Source: Stylophora pistillata (taxonomy: Eukaryota). Taken from it: a DNA stretch of 64,000 bases. The DNA lies in NCBI RefSeq assembly GCF_002571385.2, contig NW_019217852.1, positions 55,071 through 119,070 on the forward strand, read 5' to 3'. Position 1 is the stretch's first letter. Each line of letters opens with the position of its first letter. The notes below the pieces were generated by a model. The model saw nothing but the letters and a program-made list of their open reading frames with translations. It was not told where the DNA came from and made no database searches. This document shows, piece by piece, positions 60,546-64,000 of the stretch. A program made the translations under genes and the position numbers.

Positions 60546-63500
60546 CTAATAATTCAAGAGCTAAGGTTCCTAAATAATAGAGAACTCAAAAATTCAAAGT
60601 CCTTGTGGTTCTATAGCCCTTAAAGGAAAATATACAAAAAAAGCTACAAAGAGAAGTCTGTCAAAATTATATCAATAAGGTGGTCAAAGGTAAGTGTGTG
60701 GCTAACAGAGGCTTAAAAGATTGAGGAGAAATTTTCTTTCGAAATTATTTGCAAAAAAGTACTCACAATGGAAAATACTAAACTGCTCTTTCAGCTTCTG
60801 AAAATTAAATGTTCATGCTAAATTCACAGCATTCTTCTTAGTTTACGTCGTAATTAGATATATATTCAGTTGAGAGATTTTCATAAGTTGTATTGAATTA
60901 CATTTTTATCTTTAAAAGGTCAAAAGTTGAAATTTATTTTCTGCAAATGATTTTCGGTCTCAAGATAATTTTCAATAAATTTTAAAGCTTTTACAACAAT
61001 TAATTGTTCCTGAATTATCACACTTATTAATTTCAAATCAATTCCTAGTCCGCGGTCGATAAACTTTCATTTGCTATGCGTATGAAGAATTTGCCTAAGA
61101 TTTCTCAAACACAAGCTCGACGACGAACGTATTAATGTGTCCGACGGCCAGACTCAAAGATTGAAAATAACTCCAAACTTTAAGTCCTTTATGTTAATTA
61201 CTTGACGCGCCATAGGGCTAAAGCTTGACCCTCTACAAAACAGAATTGTTTCCATCCCTAAATGTTGCAAATCACCAAAGCTCAAGTTGGTTTTAGCACC
61301 ATAAACCAGGGGTAATCAGATAAATACTCTACCGGCTTCTCAAGTTCACTTTTCAACGATAAGAAGTAATGGCAGACTCTTTTTCAATAAGTACAAAAGG
61401 AATAACTGAAAAGTTTCCTTGTAAAGTGTACTAAGATAGTTTCCTTCTTCCACCACAATAGCAAGTGTAAAATTGATATCTTTTTTCCTCACTGATTCCA
61501 TTATTGAATACATTCAAAATTATCCAAATAGTTATTTACGATACTGTTTTGCTTTTTAAAAAAAATGTAATTTAATTGATCAGAACTAACGAAGAGAGGA
61601 ATCGTTTAACTCTGTTTTTGTCTCGCATGGTAAGTTTCATGACAAAATAAAATTATTTAATCACTTCACGAGAAAAACTGGAAAAGTAATATTTCAATGT
61701 ACCTGAGTTTCCCTTGAGCCTCAATGTCTGGTCTGAGCAAAGAAACCTTGTCGAGTACAATGCGATATCGACCTTAAAAGAAAAAAAACATATGAAGTCA
61801 ACGAAAATTCTGGAAACGTTTACGAAATGGCTTTGAAATTCCCTTCACCCTCATTCTACCCCAAAACATATACCTCTTCTTCAGATTTCTACCTTCAAAC
61901 ACAAAGGTTTAAAACAGTGATTCAGAGGTAAAAACACAAACTTGGTAGAAAGGAACACGTCGGTTTGTTCAAAGCTGAGGCTATTGTCTCACGCTGGTAA
62001 TACGCACACGACAAAGCCAGTTGATTATGATCGATCTTTTGTCTTGTTATTCATTATTGTTCCTCTCATTATCCGCATTCAGATCTCGGAGTTTAAAAAC
62101 AGAACGCTTCAAACAAAAAACGTTTGAAATCAGACCACCTGTCACGTGTTATATCGCTTTAGAAAATTCCGCTCGATCAAATTCTCCGTCTGAAAATATC
62201 ATTGGCATCAGTTAATGAAAAATTTGGTCAAAGCGATTCGTGGAAGATTAATTACGTATATTTAAAACCAGAATTCTAAAGTTTTGATCAAGGAGTGTCA
62301 AGTTGATATTATATTTTTAATGAATTAAAGACCCTGGAATAAATATAATGTACAAGTGAAGATAACTTTCATCTGTTGTGGGACCACAAATGATTGAGAA
62401 GAATTACAAAGAATTACTCCAAAATCGACAGTCATGTTATTAAATATTGTTGTCTCAGAGAATTAAGGTGAAGAAATAAGGCGTCAAACACTCACTTCAT
62501 GATGAACCAAAGAAATTAAAACGTATCCTGTAATGCTGAATATTGCATGAGGTGTTACGGCTTAATTTGACACACAGCAAGAGACGATAAATTTACAGGC
62601 TTTCCATCGGCTAAACGACGTCAGCATCTTGTCGCGGATCTAAAGGCATTCTTCATAAACTAAAACAGACTATTACATGTAATTACCTTCTTTAGTGGTT
62701 TTGTTTCGATTTAAAAGGAAAATTTTCATCGCTGTAAATATTTAACCAAACTTCAAATCTTTCCGCGAGTAGTTCGGATTGGTTCATCGCTCACAGCACT
62801 CAAAAAGAGATCTCTTCAGGATGGGACTCAGTGAATGGAGTGATCGAATCACTCACCTTGCGGAGATAAATCTTTAAACATGAACGATGAAGAACGCCTA
62901 CACGATGATCAGATAACTCATTCGACCTTTATCAGATGCGTTGAAAACAAGCACAAAACCGCAAAATCATGTTGAATTTCCCAAACTATTTTTACATGCA
63001 TTTTGATATACATTCCCCTCTTCGTAAACGAATTTAAACTGCTTCTTTAACAACAACTTGTCTCCTAATTGTGTATTTTTAGGCAGAAAGGCCTCTTTGG
63101 GTACCGTGACCATTTAATCAAGGTGTGCTATCGACAAAATAACGTAACATGCGGTTCTACATTACTCATGCTGGCATACCCAGCATTTCGTTTGATAATA
63201 TTTAACCCTTTTTTGGTCGACACAAGGTCATCAAAATTGAGTGTTTGAATATTTACTGGTTACCTAATGAGCTTAACGCAAAAAATATGAGGTGTAACCA
63301 AACTAACTAAATTTTTTTAACGTTTGTCTTTGAATTTTAAATGCACCCGACTTCTACGTGCAGCTCAATTCAGATTCTCCGAAGGTAAGTTGTACATTAG
63401 AAACAGTCTTTTATTACATGTTTTTATCTGCGAGATAAATTGACTTTTATCTAAAAGAAGATTTACGACTTAGATGAAAAATTATTTCTGGCGTTTTCTT

Positions 63501-63889
63501 AAGGTAGATTATCTACGTCGCTGACGTGAAATCACTAATTTGACTTTGGAATGATATCTTTCCATTCAATGTTTGGGCATTGGTATTTTTTAAGCATGAT
63601 TAGACTATAACCTAATAAAGATATTTCTAGTGATAACTCAAAGGTTGAAAAAATTGGAAATCCAAATTTACATGTTTTTGAAGTTATAACTCGAGAAAAA
63701 TCGTTGCTAGGCAACAAATCATCCCTTGCGAGACTGGCGACAAAATGCATAAAAATACTTTTGATCACAGAAATATTTACAAATTCCTTACTCTGAACGT
63801 TCTTTGAGAATTTTCTTTTTCTTTAATTTCAAAAAGCAGTTTACCTTTAATATAGTATATATTCCCTGCTAATTAGTCACAATTAGTCT

Positions 63890-64000
63890 ACTCTATATAA
63901 ATGATCTTTGCAATTTGTCAAAGGTCTAAGACTTTATTCTCTTTGCGAATGACACAAATATACTTTTTTCCCACAAATATTTTAATTTACTTTCTGAGAT
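63890..64000 (+). mobile_element. CR1/L2-group LINE reverse transcriptase fragment running off the window
   Basis: LLYINDLCNLSKV*DFILFANDTNILFSH is a decayed YINDL...FADDT motif. Confidence 0.7.

Overview
AT-rich, intron-rich animal DNA. The gene and repeat content looks cnidarian, probably a stony coral (inferred, not proven). Three host loci can be built from splice sites. (1) About 6.8-30.7 kb (+): a GRL101/RXFP-like leucine-rich-repeat GPCR with the ectodomain CUB-Ig-LRRNT-14 LRR exons. It carries a frameshift, has lost the TM3 cysteine and has two nonsense codons before a PDZ-type WETAL end, so it is probably a recent pseudogene. Its introns hold an RTE LINE, an AcademH derivative, an ISL2EU derivative, a full-length Gypsy element and a MITE. 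(2) and (3) Two apparently intact, convergent, anion-type Cys-loop (GABA-A/glycine receptor-like) subunit genes at 34179-41234 (+) and 48182-54211 (-), which share an atypical loop C. The window also has a 2.19 kb fold-back palindrome at its start, a truncated THAP-DDE transposase, a second AcademH derivative, tRNA-derived SINEs, L2/CR1 fragments and MITEs. A 701 bp duplication around a single N is probably an assembly artefact. Most short ORFs in the supplied track are spurious.
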